Position numbers and translations under genes: made by a program. Under the pieces are notes generated by a model. That model made no database searches and was not told the origin of the DNA. It worked only from the letters and a program-made list of their open reading frames with translations. This document shows positions 26,101-36,200 of a stretch of DNA of 64,000 nucleotides, in pieces. Positions within the stretch are counted from its first letter, which is position 1; each line of letters starts with the position of its first letter. This DNA comes from a virus (Duplodnaviria > Caudoviricetes), in IMG/VR virus record IMGVR_UViG_3300020281_000001, positions 1,442 through 65,441 of that record. The stretch is one strand, 5' to 3'.

Positions 26101-28700
26101 ACGGTGAAGATGTTTCTAATAAATTTAAATTAGTAAAAAACTCAAGCGTATCGCCTGTTAGTTATCAAATATTTATAAACGATTCTTATTTTTATTTTGG
26201 TGAAGAATCTATTGATAATGATAGCTTTACTTTTACTTTTGAAGTAGAAAATTTAGATGGTAATGCTTCAACAAACCCTAACTTTGGAACTAAAACAATA
26301 TTAACCTTTGATCAAAGATTATTAAACAAATCTCCTATAATACAAAATTGTCCTGCAACAGGTGTAGTAGGAACAGATGCTGGTATTATAGACTTATTTA
26401 CATTAAATGCTGTAAACGGTACAGCTGATGTGTCTAAACAATATGATGATCTTACTTGGGGTATTGCATATGGTTTAAATCAAACAAGCGGTTTTGCACC
26501 AACTATACCAGCATCAGCTACAGATGGTTTACCTGAAATAAAAATTGTACCAGGTAGTAATGGATCTGCAACAATAAAAGATGAATCTGGTTTATTAAAC
26601 ATAAGTTATCCTATAACAGTGGCTGTTACAGACGCAGGCGCTACAGATAATACATATCCATTACCAAATGGTAATCCTACAACTACTTGTTCGTTTACAA
26701 TAAATGGTAGTAATGGTTACGAATCAGATGTTTTAAATGCTGACTTTTTTGCTGCTAAAAATGTAGCTATTAATTTAGGCTCTGAATCATCTATTTTTGG
26801 TTGGGGTCAGTCTACTAGTCAAGGGTTTTTTGATCCAGACACTATTGGTTGGCAACAAAACGTAGGAAGTTTAACACCTAAATTTGAAGGTAGTGGAGCT
26901 AATCCTACTACAAGTGGTGCTGTATATGAGCTTACTACAAGTGTTAGTAATTGTCCTGTTTCTGCAATGTTAGATTCATGGAATTTTTATAATACAAACA
27001 GAAACGCTAATATAAGACCTGGTTCAGGTATTAGAAATGGTTTAGCTGGATCTGCTGCTGGAGAAAGAAATGATCAAACCTCAAGCGCTACAGGTGGTAC
27101 ACCCGCTGTAGGATTAACATCAGGAACAGCTTATATAATTGTAGATTATGAATTAAATAATTATTTAGATGTACCAACTGGTGGATCTGGAAGGTATCAA
27201 CCATCAGTTATATGGCCTACTAAATTACAATATAGAGAAAATGGTAATGATCCTTGGTCAGATGCATATGATGTTGAAGGAAAATTAATTAAATTTGGTG
27301 GTTCACAAATAAATAATGAGAATATAACTACAAGTGTAGATTCTTTATTTAGAAATACAGGTATTATAGATAAATCAAATGAAGCAAGAGATTCAGATAA
27401 TTTTTTCAATGTTACCGATGCATTTCAATGTACATATACAGGTCAACAAAATAGTGGTAATATTGCTGTTAACACAACAGGTAGAAAAATATTTGCAATA
27501 GGTAGAAACTCAGCTTATAGAGAAAGTAATGGTCAAGCGCCATCAAATGCTCCAGATAGATATGGAGAATATAGATTAGTTGTAAGATACCCTTATGGAG
27601 ATAATATAAAATCAGATTTAGCTTCTGCACCTCCTTTTAATATGCCTGGATTTAACGCAGGTAATAAAATTATACCTACTTTCTCTCAATTTAATACATG
27701 TCCTGGTGTATTTAGTGGTAATGTAGAAGTTACACAATATATGTCGTACAATCAAGCAACTAAAAATCAACAAGTTTATTTAAGTTATGGAGATTTTTAT
27801 AATCCTGAGCAATTATTAAATACATATGTAAATATAGGTGGCACTTCAACCAAAACAACAAATATTAGTAATCCAGTATCTTATGAATATAGAATAAGTG
27901 AAGCATATGACACAAGAGAAATGGCTGCTTGTCAAACACCTAGTATATTAGTATATGCAAGAGAGTGGGCATTTAGATATATATCTCAACTGTTTACTGA
28001 TCCTGCATTAACTTCGCCTTATATTCCTGGTACTTCAGGGGATAAATATTTTTCATACAGCGGTGTTAATAATGATGATTTAAATGTAGTTTGGGGTAAT
28101 GAAAATGCTAATTCAGAAAATGGTGGATCACCAACTCCAACAAGCTCTTCATCATCTACATCACAATATAGTAGAACAGGTCAACCTTTTACAAGAAAAT
28201 GGACAGCTCAATTTAGTAATACAGGTAAAAAAGTAATGCAAACAGCTGAACCTTGTATTGGTAATAGCTCATTAAACACAGCAACTAATTTTAGGTCGTT
28301 AAGTGATGCACAAAGATTACCGTGTAGCACGCCTGCAGGTGGTGTTCAATATGGTAAAATGAATTTATACAACATGAGTAATTTAGGTAATAACCAATTT
28401 TTTGTTGTATTTTCTGATACTACATCAAGCGGACAAGTATTAATGAATTTTTTAACCGGTGTATCAGCTGTAAAAAATGTATCTTATTCTGTTACTAGTT
28501 CTACAGATTCGTTAGTAGTTTTTGATGGTGATAGTCCATATGCTCAATTGTTAGATATTGCTTTAGATGTAAATAATACAACTGTTTTATGGCAAACTTT
28601 TAATGGTTTTGATAGAATTACTTTTGATAATACAACAACTGACTTATCAGGTGTTGGTTTTCCTCAAAATCCATCTAACTTTTATTGGGTAATAACCTAA
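23178..28700 (+). CDS. Large tail nozzle/stabilisation protein with variable C-terminal extension
   Basis: MNKDLDARLLPNGEYREGVN, LFWTDNRNQPRRID, FSYRFKY, NRVVYSNF and YQVGVVLSDKYGR motifs of beta-propeller nozzle proteins. Confidence 0.75.
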   Translation: MAEVKNAFIKSKMNKDLDARLLPNGEYREGVNIQVSKSEGADVGALENVLGNIEIQDYRTLSGCNCDLETIGFYTDEVSTNIYIFLTDYDETVNTNTYTYTPQSLNYSTTANNYVYVYNVATGVSTKLLSGAFLNFSKNKPIIGVNLLENILFWTDNRNQPRRIDVTKEAGYYTTEDQISVATYAPFQPINLYYKRESAFLPNGGSAITDGITSTGSSTILITSDNRLGIAATLGTDPKTLVGATITAVDANGATVPGIPANSVLQSFANGNQMTIIDVANIAAGTPLATVTQDIPSGTTIYFNQNTLTNISTPNYYVTSMLDASSKMNPGGTYNADYPGLTTNPNYNPKFNGDPDFLEDKFVKFSYRFKYDTGEYSIMAPFTQAAFIPKQDGYFLNNTTPTGMTTDEQSTFRSTVVDFMENKVNNIILQIPTPLDENNNHIPANELFTKLKIEEIEILYKESDALAVQVVDAISWEGTGGYAELGGAGNVIPFNYQSTKPYKTLPESELIRVYDKAPVRALGQEIISNRVVYSNFQNKHTPPETLNYNVAVSEKYTNFVTDDPTVPAPLYKTSSREYPMHTIKQNRNYQVGVVLSDKYGRSSTTILSSATSQGTDEDNLTLLGDTIYFPYNTVSSTNNADNNINTWPGDSIKVLFNEIIPEFQANTQSGWPGLYNGDPTSASYNPLGWYSYKIVVKQTEQDYYNVYLPGLMNFYPPVTDDPDVAGSVSYITLLNDNINKVPRDLTEVGPEQKQFRSSVRLFGRVAPSSIAQPLNNYQFNPINTATNIALPDTVATISDQNDLFDNTTNIKFGSIYQTASNPSMARVSINQAVGSTVPASGTTAVNTWLSIYETIPTESRLDIYWETSTTGTIAELNEAIQTTAGIKGFTTDTSSNPPSSWTFNLFEDIAPGQSPNVVYSGSYATAVAKPFFPYTEDAAGLKTVVQNSNIAGAVATSGTAMPTTQQPGFQVVNNNGEDVSNKFKLVKNSSVSPVSYQIFINDSYFYFGEESIDNDSFTFTFEVENLDGNASTNPNFGTKTILTFDQRLLNKSPIIQNCPATGVVGTDAGIIDLFTLNAVNGTADVSKQYDDLTWGIAYGLNQTSGFAPTIPASATDGLPEIKIVPGSNGSATIKDESGLLNISYPITVAVTDAGATDNTYPLPNGNPTTTCSFTINGSNGYESDVLNADFFAAKNVAINLGSESSIFGWGQSTSQGFFDPDTIGWQQNVGSLTPKFEGSGANPTTSGAVYELTTSVSNCPVSAMLDSWNFYNTNRNANIRPGSGIRNGLAGSAAGERNDQTSSATGGTPAVGLTSGTAYIIVDYELNNYLDVPTGGSGRYQPSVIWPTKLQYRENGNDPWSDAYDVEGKLIKFGGSQINNENITTSVDSLFRNTGIIDKSNEARDSDNFFNVTDAFQCTYTGQQNSGNIAVNTTGRKIFAIGRNSAYRESNGQAPSNAPDRYGEYRLVVRYPYGDNIKSDLASAPPFNMPGFNAGNKIIPTFSQFNTCPGVFSGNVEVTQYMSYNQATKNQQVYLSYGDFYNPEQLLNTYVNIGGTSTKTTNISNPVSYEYRISEAYDTREMAACQTPSILVYAREWAFRYISQLFTDPALTSPYIPGTSGDKYFSYSGVNNDDLNVVWGNENANSENGGSPTPTSSSSSTSQYSRTGQPFTRKWTAQFSNTGKKVMQTAEPCIGNSSLNTATNFRSLSDAQRLPCSTPAGGVQYGKMNLYNMSNLGNNQFFVVFSDTTSSGQVLMNFLTGVSAVKNVSYSVTSSTDSLVVFDGDSPYAQLLDIALDVNNTTVLWQTFNGFDRITFDNTTTDLSGVGFPQNPSNFYWVIT

Positions 28701-28733
28701 GTAATAAGATAAATAAATAAGTAATAATAAGTT

Positions 28734-30209
28734 ATGGCAGCAACTATAGAGGTAAAATATTTTAATAGTTTTATACTTCGTAAAACCGCAACAGATGGAT
28801 CACAACCTTCTGCTGTAGGGTGGAATGGCTCTAGAGGTGATGCTACTTTAGGTACTTTACCTAACAATATGTATAACTGGGCAGTAGAAGAAGCAAGAAT
28901 TAGAGGTGGATATAATAATACTTATGTTGGCCAAGGAGTAAAAGCATTTTTAGTTGAAGACAGCCCTAATGCTTCATTTAGAATTAATTCACTTATTTAT
29001 TCAGGTATATTTAATTCAAGAACAGGTATAAACGATACTAATGTATTTTCAGTAGGTGAAGATATAATTAAAAGTGTAGATCCGGCAAATGGTAGTATAC
29101 AAAAAATTTATGCAGAAGATACTAACTTAATTATATTTCAAGAAAAGAAAATAAGTAGAGCATTAATAGATAAAGATGCTATTTATTCTGCAGAAGGTAA
29201 TGCAACTATAACATCTGGGCCTAATGTAATAGGCCAAATACAAGCTTATGTAGGTAACTTTGGTATAAGTAAAAACCCTGAAAGCTTTGCTGTATACGGT
29301 AGAAGAAAATATTTTACTGACAAAGATAGAAATGCTGTAATGAGATTATCACAAGATGGTTTAACCGAGATCTCTAATTATGGTATGATTGATTTCTTTA
29401 GAGATCAATTTGGTACATTAGGTACTACAGGTAAACTACAAGGTGGTTGGGATATATATAATAAGCAATATGTTTTATCTATACAACCATCTAATACTGA
29501 AATAGAATATAAAACATTATCTTTTGATGAAACAGTACAAGGTTGGACTAGTTTATATAGTTATAAACCTGGTATGATGTTAAGTTTAAGAAATAAATTT
29601 TATACAACAGGACCATCTGCTGTTGGTAGTTCAGATACAGCTGGTTTATATCAACATTATATAGATACACAACCTAGATGTAATTTTTATGGAACACAGG
29701 GTAAAGCATCTATAGAATTTATTTTTAATCCTAATGTTAGTGTATCTAAAGTATTTAAAACAATAAACTACGAAGGTAGTAACGGTTGGCAAGTAGATAG
29801 TTTTATATCAGATTCTACAGGTATAGGATATACTAATATTGATTTTGACAACTTTAGCACAGTAAATACTAATGATAGTATTAGTTTTATATATAGTTTT
29901 AACGAGGGTTCATATGATAATCATGGTAACACATTTGTTAATACTACAACTACACCTATTACAGCCAACACTACACCGCTTATACCACCAATTAACTATG
30001 CTGGTTTTACTAGAAAAGAAAATAAATACATGGCTAATTTAGTAAATAACAGTACAGCTGCTCCTGGAGAAGTTATATTTGGTAATAAAATGACGGGTAT
30101 TAAAGGGTATTTTGCAACAGTTAAAATATCTACAGATACTTTAACAGATCCAGGAGGTATGAAAGAACTTTTTGCAGCTTCTTCAGATTATGTAGAATCT
30201 GCATATTAA
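28734..30209 (+). CDS. Tail nozzle/stabilisation protein, C-terminal part as a separate gene
   Basis: GSIQKI, FGISKNPESFA, YFTDKDRNAVMRLS, GWTSLYSY, KVFKTINYEG. Confidence 0.7.
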   Translation: MAATIEVKYFNSFILRKTATDGSQPSAVGWNGSRGDATLGTLPNNMYNWAVEEARIRGGYNNTYVGQGVKAFLVEDSPNASFRINSLIYSGIFNSRTGINDTNVFSVGEDIIKSVDPANGSIQKIYAEDTNLIIFQEKKISRALIDKDAIYSAEGNATITSGPNVIGQIQAYVGNFGISKNPESFAVYGRRKYFTDKDRNAVMRLSQDGLTEISNYGMIDFFRDQFGTLGTTGKLQGGWDIYNKQYVLSIQPSNTEIEYKTLSFDETVQGWTSLYSYKPGMMLSLRNKFYTTGPSAVGSSDTAGLYQHYIDTQPRCNFYGTQGKASIEFIFNPNVSVSKVFKTINYEGSNGWQVDSFISDSTGIGYTNIDFDNFSTVNTNDSISFIYSFNEGSYDNHGNTFVNTTTTPITANTTPLIPPINYAGFTRKENKYMANLVNNSTAAPGEVIFGNKMTGIKGYFATVKISTDTLTDPGGMKELFAASSDYVESAY

Positions 30210-30218
30210 ACTAATTAA

Positions 30219-30626
30219 ATGAAATTTAATATACGTAAACTTACAGAAAACGATTGGGATACATTAGTATCTTGGTGGGATGCTTGGCCCACGTGGGTTA
30301 ATCCTCCTAAAGATTTTTTACCTGATAACGGAACAGGTGGATTAATAATAGAAAAAAATAATATACCTATAGTTGCAGGGTTTTTATATTTTACAAATTC
30401 TGCAGCTGTTTTATTAGAGTGGATTATATCTAATCCAGAATATAAAGAAAAAGATAGAAAAGAAGCTATTGAAACATTAATACAATCAGCAGAAATATTT
30501 TGTAAAAACAATAATAAAAAGTATATGTTTTCTATAGGTAGAAATAAGTCATTAATAAATATACATAAAAAACTTAATTGGAGTATAGATGAAAAAGCAT
30601 CTTACGAAATAACAAAACAAATATAA
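30219..30626 (+). CDS. GNAT-fold acetyltransferase-like protein
   Basis: FNIRKLTENDW start, VAGFLY, EWIISNPEY; usual position ahead of the ejection genes. Confidence 0.6.
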   Translation: MKFNIRKLTENDWDTLVSWWDAWPTWVNPPKDFLPDNGTGGLIIEKNNIPIVAGFLYFTNSAAVLLEWIISNPEYKEKDRKEAIETLIQSAEIFCKNNNKKYMFSIGRNKSLINIHKKLNWSIDEKASYEITKQI

Positions 30627-30627
30627 T

Positions 30628-31611
30628 ATGGGAGTAGTAACAGCAATAACCGCAGGGGCTGCTTTAGTTTCAGCAGGAACTGCTGTAGCAGGAGCAGTTA
30701 GCTCTGGTAAAAGAGCTAAAAGAGCAGGTAGAAAAGCAGCAAGATTAGAAGATAAACTTGAAAGTTTAGAAAAAAGCAGACAAGCTATTATAAACCCATT
30801 TGAAGGCGTAACTAGTTTATCTAGTATGATATATAATACTAGCAATGAACTTTCAAATCCTTATAATAATCTAGGTGTAGCAACTCAAGCAGCTGAATTT
30901 CAAGCAGAAGAAGCTGATATTGCTTTAGCAAATACGCTAGATGCGTTACAAGCTAGTGGTGCATCGGCTGGTGGAGCTACCGCTTTAGCGCAAGCTGCAT
31001 TACAAAGTAAAAGAGGTGTTAGTGCTAGTATAGAAAAACAAGAAGCTTATAATCAAAAACTAAGAGCTGATGGAGAAGTTAACTTACAATCAGCAAGAAT
31101 GAATGAAGCTATTAGAGTTCAAAGCCAACAACTAGGTGAAGCAAGAAGATTACAACAAGCAGATGTAGCGGGAAGAGAGTTTGTGTATGGTGAAAAAGAA
31201 AGAAGAGAAGGTGAACAATTAAATAGAGTACAAGCGCAAATAACCGGCGCTCAACAACAACAAGTTGCTGCGCGAGCTAGTAAAGCTGATTATATAAGCG
31301 CTGGAATTAGTTCTGTTGGAAATATAGCAACATCTTTAGCTGGTGCAGGTGGTAGCGGTGGATCTGATGGTCCTTTTGGTGTTAGCGGTGTGCCTTCTGA
31401 TAGAAGATTAAAAAAGAATATTAAATTAATTGGAATATCACCATCAGGTATTAATATTTATAATTTTAAATATAAAAATAATAAATTTGGTAAAGGTGTG
31501 TTTCAAGGTGTTATGTCTGATGAAATACCTGAAAATGCAGTAATTAAACATTCAAGTGGGTATGACAAAGTAGATTACTCAAAAATTGATGTTAATTTTA
31601 ATAAAGTATAA
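30628..31611 (+). CDS. Ejection (internal virion) protein with C-terminal peptidase S74-like domain
   Basis: Ala/Gly hydrophobic N-terminus, A/Q-rich helices, SDRRLKKNI...QGVMSDEI...VDYSKI. Confidence 0.7.
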   Translation: MGVVTAITAGAALVSAGTAVAGAVSSGKRAKRAGRKAARLEDKLESLEKSRQAIINPFEGVTSLSSMIYNTSNELSNPYNNLGVATQAAEFQAEEADIALANTLDALQASGASAGGATALAQAALQSKRGVSASIEKQEAYNQKLRADGEVNLQSARMNEAIRVQSQQLGEARRLQQADVAGREFVYGEKERREGEQLNRVQAQITGAQQQQVAARASKADYISAGISSVGNIATSLAGAGGSGGSDGPFGVSGVPSDRRLKKNIKLIGISPSGINIYNFKYKNNKFGKGVFQGVMSDEIPENAVIKHSSGYDKVDYSKIDVNFNKV

Positions 31612-31613
31612 CA

Positions 31614-33212
31614 ATGGCAAGACAATATTATAAATCAGGCGCTTATGAAAATCCAGTAGCAGTTATAGATAGAGAAGCAGATATGATCTATGCTAATACT
31701 ATTAGAAATATTGGTGCTGTTACAGCTGGTATTATTGATAAACAAGTAGAGCAAGAAACTGAAAGACAAAGAATTGCAAATGAACAAATGAAGTGGACTA
31801 TGGATTGGACAATGCAAAACCAAGACAAGTACTTAGATCAACTTCAAAAAGCTGGTAATAAAAACCCACAGCTTACTGCTATGTTTATGGAGCAAATAAA
31901 TATGATGGGTGATTTAGCCGGAAGAGCTAGACAAGCTTCTACACCTGAAGAACAAAGAGCATTGTTAAACGAAGTTGGTACATATAAACAACGTTTAAGC
32001 GCTGGAGCCACAAACGTACAACTTATGAACGACGCAATAAAAGTTTTTACAGATGATACTCAAGGAGCATTAAACACAGAGGGTAATTTAAATTTAAACA
32101 ATCCTAAAGCTTTAGAGTGGGGTAAAAAAATGGCTATTACAACAGGTATGAATCCAGGTACTATGACTTGGTTTGTAGATAAAGATGGTGATTGGTCTGT
32201 AAGACATGAAGGTGAAAGACTTGAATCTCCAACTGAAACTAAAGCATCTTTATTTTTTGGTTATGAGCCAGGTATTATACCTGAAAGCACAAATGAAATG
32301 CAAGATATTTTAGAAAACAAAATAAAAGCTATTAATGCTAAAACAGGTAAAGTTGATGATCAATTTTTAATGGGTCAAATGATTGATGGGGTAATGGCTC
32401 CTAGTGTAACATATGTTAAAACAAGCGAAGATGGTATGTTACAACCAGTTTATAAAACAAACATGGAAATGATCGCTCAACAATTAGCACCTCAAGCAGA
32501 AGCTGTAGCATTAAGTTATGCTAAAGAATATAACACAGCTGAAGCTTTTTGGGATAGTTTACCTAAAAGTATTAAAAATGAAATGATGAAAAAACATGGG
32601 GTAGGCGAAGATTTACAAGTGGGTAATTTTCAAATGCCTAATGGTGTAGCAACTAAACTAAATAGATCATCAACACAAGCTATTATAGAAGGTTTACAAT
32701 TAAAAGCATTAACTCAAGTACCTAAAATGAGGTTAGCTGGTAACCCAATAAAGGATCCTAATGTTAAATCTTCAAAAGGAGGTAGTATTACGGGTAATAA
32801 AATAACTTTACAAGACTTAGTAAATTTAGCTAATAAAACACCACAGCAACAAGTTGCACATATAGAGTCTGCGCTTGATTCTGATACTCAAGAAATAGCT
32901 TATAATCCGCAAAATAATACTATAACTGTTTCTGAAAAAGTAGAAGTTACAGAAGGAGAAGGAAGAGATAAAGTTACAAAAGAAGAATATCAAGATACTG
33001 TATATTATTTAAACGATCCAAGTGGTGATAGTATACCAGGTGCAACTGGAGACAGAGTAGAAGGTAGAAACCAGTGGTTAAACAGAATGGCTGAATTATA
33101 TGCAGGTAATACTGAAAATGGTAGAAAATTATTATTAGATTTTAGAAATAGTATTACAGGTGTAGATCCTAATTCTGGTGTTTTTATTAAAAGAGGATTT
33201 TTAGATAAATAA
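31614..33212 (+). CDS. Probable ejection (internal virion) protein
   Basis: Position between ejection genes; helical and Q-rich. Confidence 0.6.
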   Translation: MARQYYKSGAYENPVAVIDREADMIYANTIRNIGAVTAGIIDKQVEQETERQRIANEQMKWTMDWTMQNQDKYLDQLQKAGNKNPQLTAMFMEQINMMGDLAGRARQASTPEEQRALLNEVGTYKQRLSAGATNVQLMNDAIKVFTDDTQGALNTEGNLNLNNPKALEWGKKMAITTGMNPGTMTWFVDKDGDWSVRHEGERLESPTETKASLFFGYEPGIIPESTNEMQDILENKIKAINAKTGKVDDQFLMGQMIDGVMAPSVTYVKTSEDGMLQPVYKTNMEMIAQQLAPQAEAVALSYAKEYNTAEAFWDSLPKSIKNEMMKKHGVGEDLQVGNFQMPNGVATKLNRSSTQAIIEGLQLKALTQVPKMRLAGNPIKDPNVKSSKGGSITGNKITLQDLVNLANKTPQQQVAHIESALDSDTQEIAYNPQNNTITVSEKVEVTEGEGRDKVTKEEYQDTVYYLNDPSGDSIPGATGDRVEGRNQWLNRMAELYAGNTENGRKLLLDFRNSITGVDPNSGVFIKRGFLDK

Positions 33213-36200
33213 TGAAAGAACTATATAACTCGCTATATAATCAAGGTTTATATACAGGTACGTTTGAACAATTTCAATCAGACTATGGTGGTGAAAATTA
33301 TCAAGAGTTATATAATAAATTAAATGATAATGATTATTATACAGGTAGCTTTGATCAATTTAATATTGATTATGATCCAAATATAACTGAAAAAGAAGAA
33401 ACAATAACAGCTGAGGTAGATGATAAAACAAAAGATGGTGTATCTGAAATTAAAATAAATGGTAATATTACAACTCGTAATAGTGCTGCTAATACAATAA
33501 ATGCTATTGAAAATATAGAAGATTTTAATAAATTAAATATTGAAATTAACAACGATAATGAAATAAGTAATCTTTATACACAAAAACAAAAAGATTTAGA
33601 ACAAAAAGATATTAATATATTTAAAAGTTTTGGAGCTTATGCTGGAAGCGGAATATCCAAGTTCTTTGAAGGTTTAGGAGAAACACAAGATGCTTTAATT
33701 TACGGCGCAGCTACTCTTTTTAATCCAGACATGGATAAAGAAGAAAAGTTATTATTAAAAGATAGTATAAAAAAAGGTTATATAACGCCATCATATAGTG
33801 CTAGAATACCTACACAAGAATTAGAAAACGCAACAAAGTTTTTTGACAACTATAAAAGAAAAACAGAAAGTAAAAATATTTTAGACGCTGTTGATAAAGG
33901 TAATTATTTAGAAGCAGCAGAATTAACTGTAGGAGGAGCTTTAGAATCTATTCCTTCTATAGCTTTGGTTTTTGGTGGTGGTGGTGGTTTAACTCTTTTA
34001 GCAACAAGTGTTTCAGGTAATAAGTTTGCAGAAGAATTTGAAAACAACCCTGATGAATCATTAGGTACATTATATGCTAATGCTGCAGGTACAGGAATAG
34101 TAGAATCTTCTTTTGAATTAGTAACAAGAGGTTTGTTAAAACAAGCTGGTATAATTGGTGGTGTTAAAGGTAAAGATGTAGCTCAACAGTTTTTAAAAGA
34201 TGGTGCAAAAGATCTTGTTAAAAAAGTTGGTTGGTTTGCTGGAGCAACAGGGGCTGAGGGTTTATCAGAGGCTTCAACTGAACTCGCAACAATGTATATT
34301 GATGCATATGGTATACCAATAGCTGGTGGTCTTGGTAGTATAGGAGGTTTAAACAGAAAATCTGATTTTACTGTTGATTTTTCTGAAGGTAAGTATGGAG
34401 AAGGAATAGTAAGACTTTTTGACTCTTTTATGATAGGTTCTTTTGTAGGAGGAAATTTTCAAAGTGTAGCTGCTGTAGGTAACACTAGGAGTGCAGCTAG
34501 AAATAGAGCAGAAACATTATTAACACCTGCTTCAATAAAAAAAATATATGCAGATGGTGCAACGCAACTTTCTGAAATATATAAAGATTTAAATAATCCT
34601 GATATATCGGTTCAAGCTAAAAAAATATTACAACAAAAAGCAGAACAAATAGAACAAGATATAGCTAGAGTTAAAAAAGAAACTTCAAAAGCTTTAAATA
34701 ATTTAACTAAAGATGAATTAATAGAAAATTTTAAATATGTAGAACAGATACAAAAAAATGTTGAAGCATATAATTCATTACCAGATAAAAGAAAATCAAC
34801 TGGTAGAATACTTAGAAAAAATATACAAGAAGCACAACAAGCGCAACAAGATTTATTTGAACAAGCGGCACAAAGAGAACTACAAAAAAATATAGAATTT
34901 GCTAAAACTCAAAGTGAAGAAGTAACTGGTAGAAAAACAAAAATTATAGAAACGTTTGAAGAAGTTAGAAAAGAATATGGAGATGAAGCTGCTGCTACTA
35001 ATGCTTTTTTTGATCCTTCTACAGGTGATATAGTTATTAATAAAGAAATTGCTTCTAAAACAAAAGCTGTTTCTGTTGGTAGCCATGAATTATTACATGG
35101 AATTTTGCAACAATTATCTTTATCTGATCCATCAATTATAACAGGTGAAGGAGGATTTTTAGAAACATTAAATGATAATCAAAGACAAGTTTTAGAAAAA
35201 AGAATTAAAGATAATGGATATACTAAAAAATATTTAAAAGCTAATCCTGATGAATATCTTACTCAGTTTTCTGATGCTATTAATGAAAACGAAATAGTTT
35301 TTGAAGAAAATTTATTTACTAAAATAGGAAATATTTTTACACCAATTTTAAGAAGATTAGGTTTTAATAAAATAAAGTTTAATACAGGTAAAGATGTATA
35401 TGACTTTATGAAAGAATATAATAAAAGTATTAAACAAGGTAAATTAACTGGTGCTATAAAAGAAGTATTACCAGATAAAACTAAAACTAAAAAAGGAGGA
35501 TTAAAGTTTTCAAGATCTGCAGATATAGATGCATTAGTAGGCCCTAAAACTGATGGCCAATATACATTAACTAAAGCTGAATGGGATGCGGGTAAAGCAG
35601 ATGAAACATTATCTAAAGTATTTCCTAAACTTCAGGGTTTAATTGAAAGTAAAATACCTATAGATAGGCCACCTGGTTTTTCACAAGAAGATTTTGTAAG
35701 CGGTACTGTAGAAGAATTAATACCACATATAAGAAACTTTAACCCAGAACAAAACAATAGTTTATCTGGTTGGATTAACTCACAGCTACAAAACAAAATA
35801 GGTAATGTATTTAAAAAAGGTGAAGCTGCTACTAAAGAAGTATTTGAAGACGATGTAACTGAAGCTAGAGGTGTAACTGAAGTACAGGAAACAGTTGAAG
35901 AGGTAACACCAGAAACACAAACGGCTTCTAAATTAAGAAAAATAGTTGGTGTAGAAAGAAAAAGAGGTTTAGAAATAGCACGTAATATTGTTAAAGGTAA
36001 ACTACCTGATCTTAGTGATAAAAAACTTAGAAGTCAAATAAACAGACAGGCAAGAGATGAATATCTTACTGAAATTAGAGATTTATTAAATGACTTAACT
36101 GATAATCAAAAACTTGAAATAGTTAAAACATTACCAATACAAGACTTAGTTAAGTTAGAAAGGTTACAAAAAGATAAAATATTTGCTAAATTAGTAGCAA

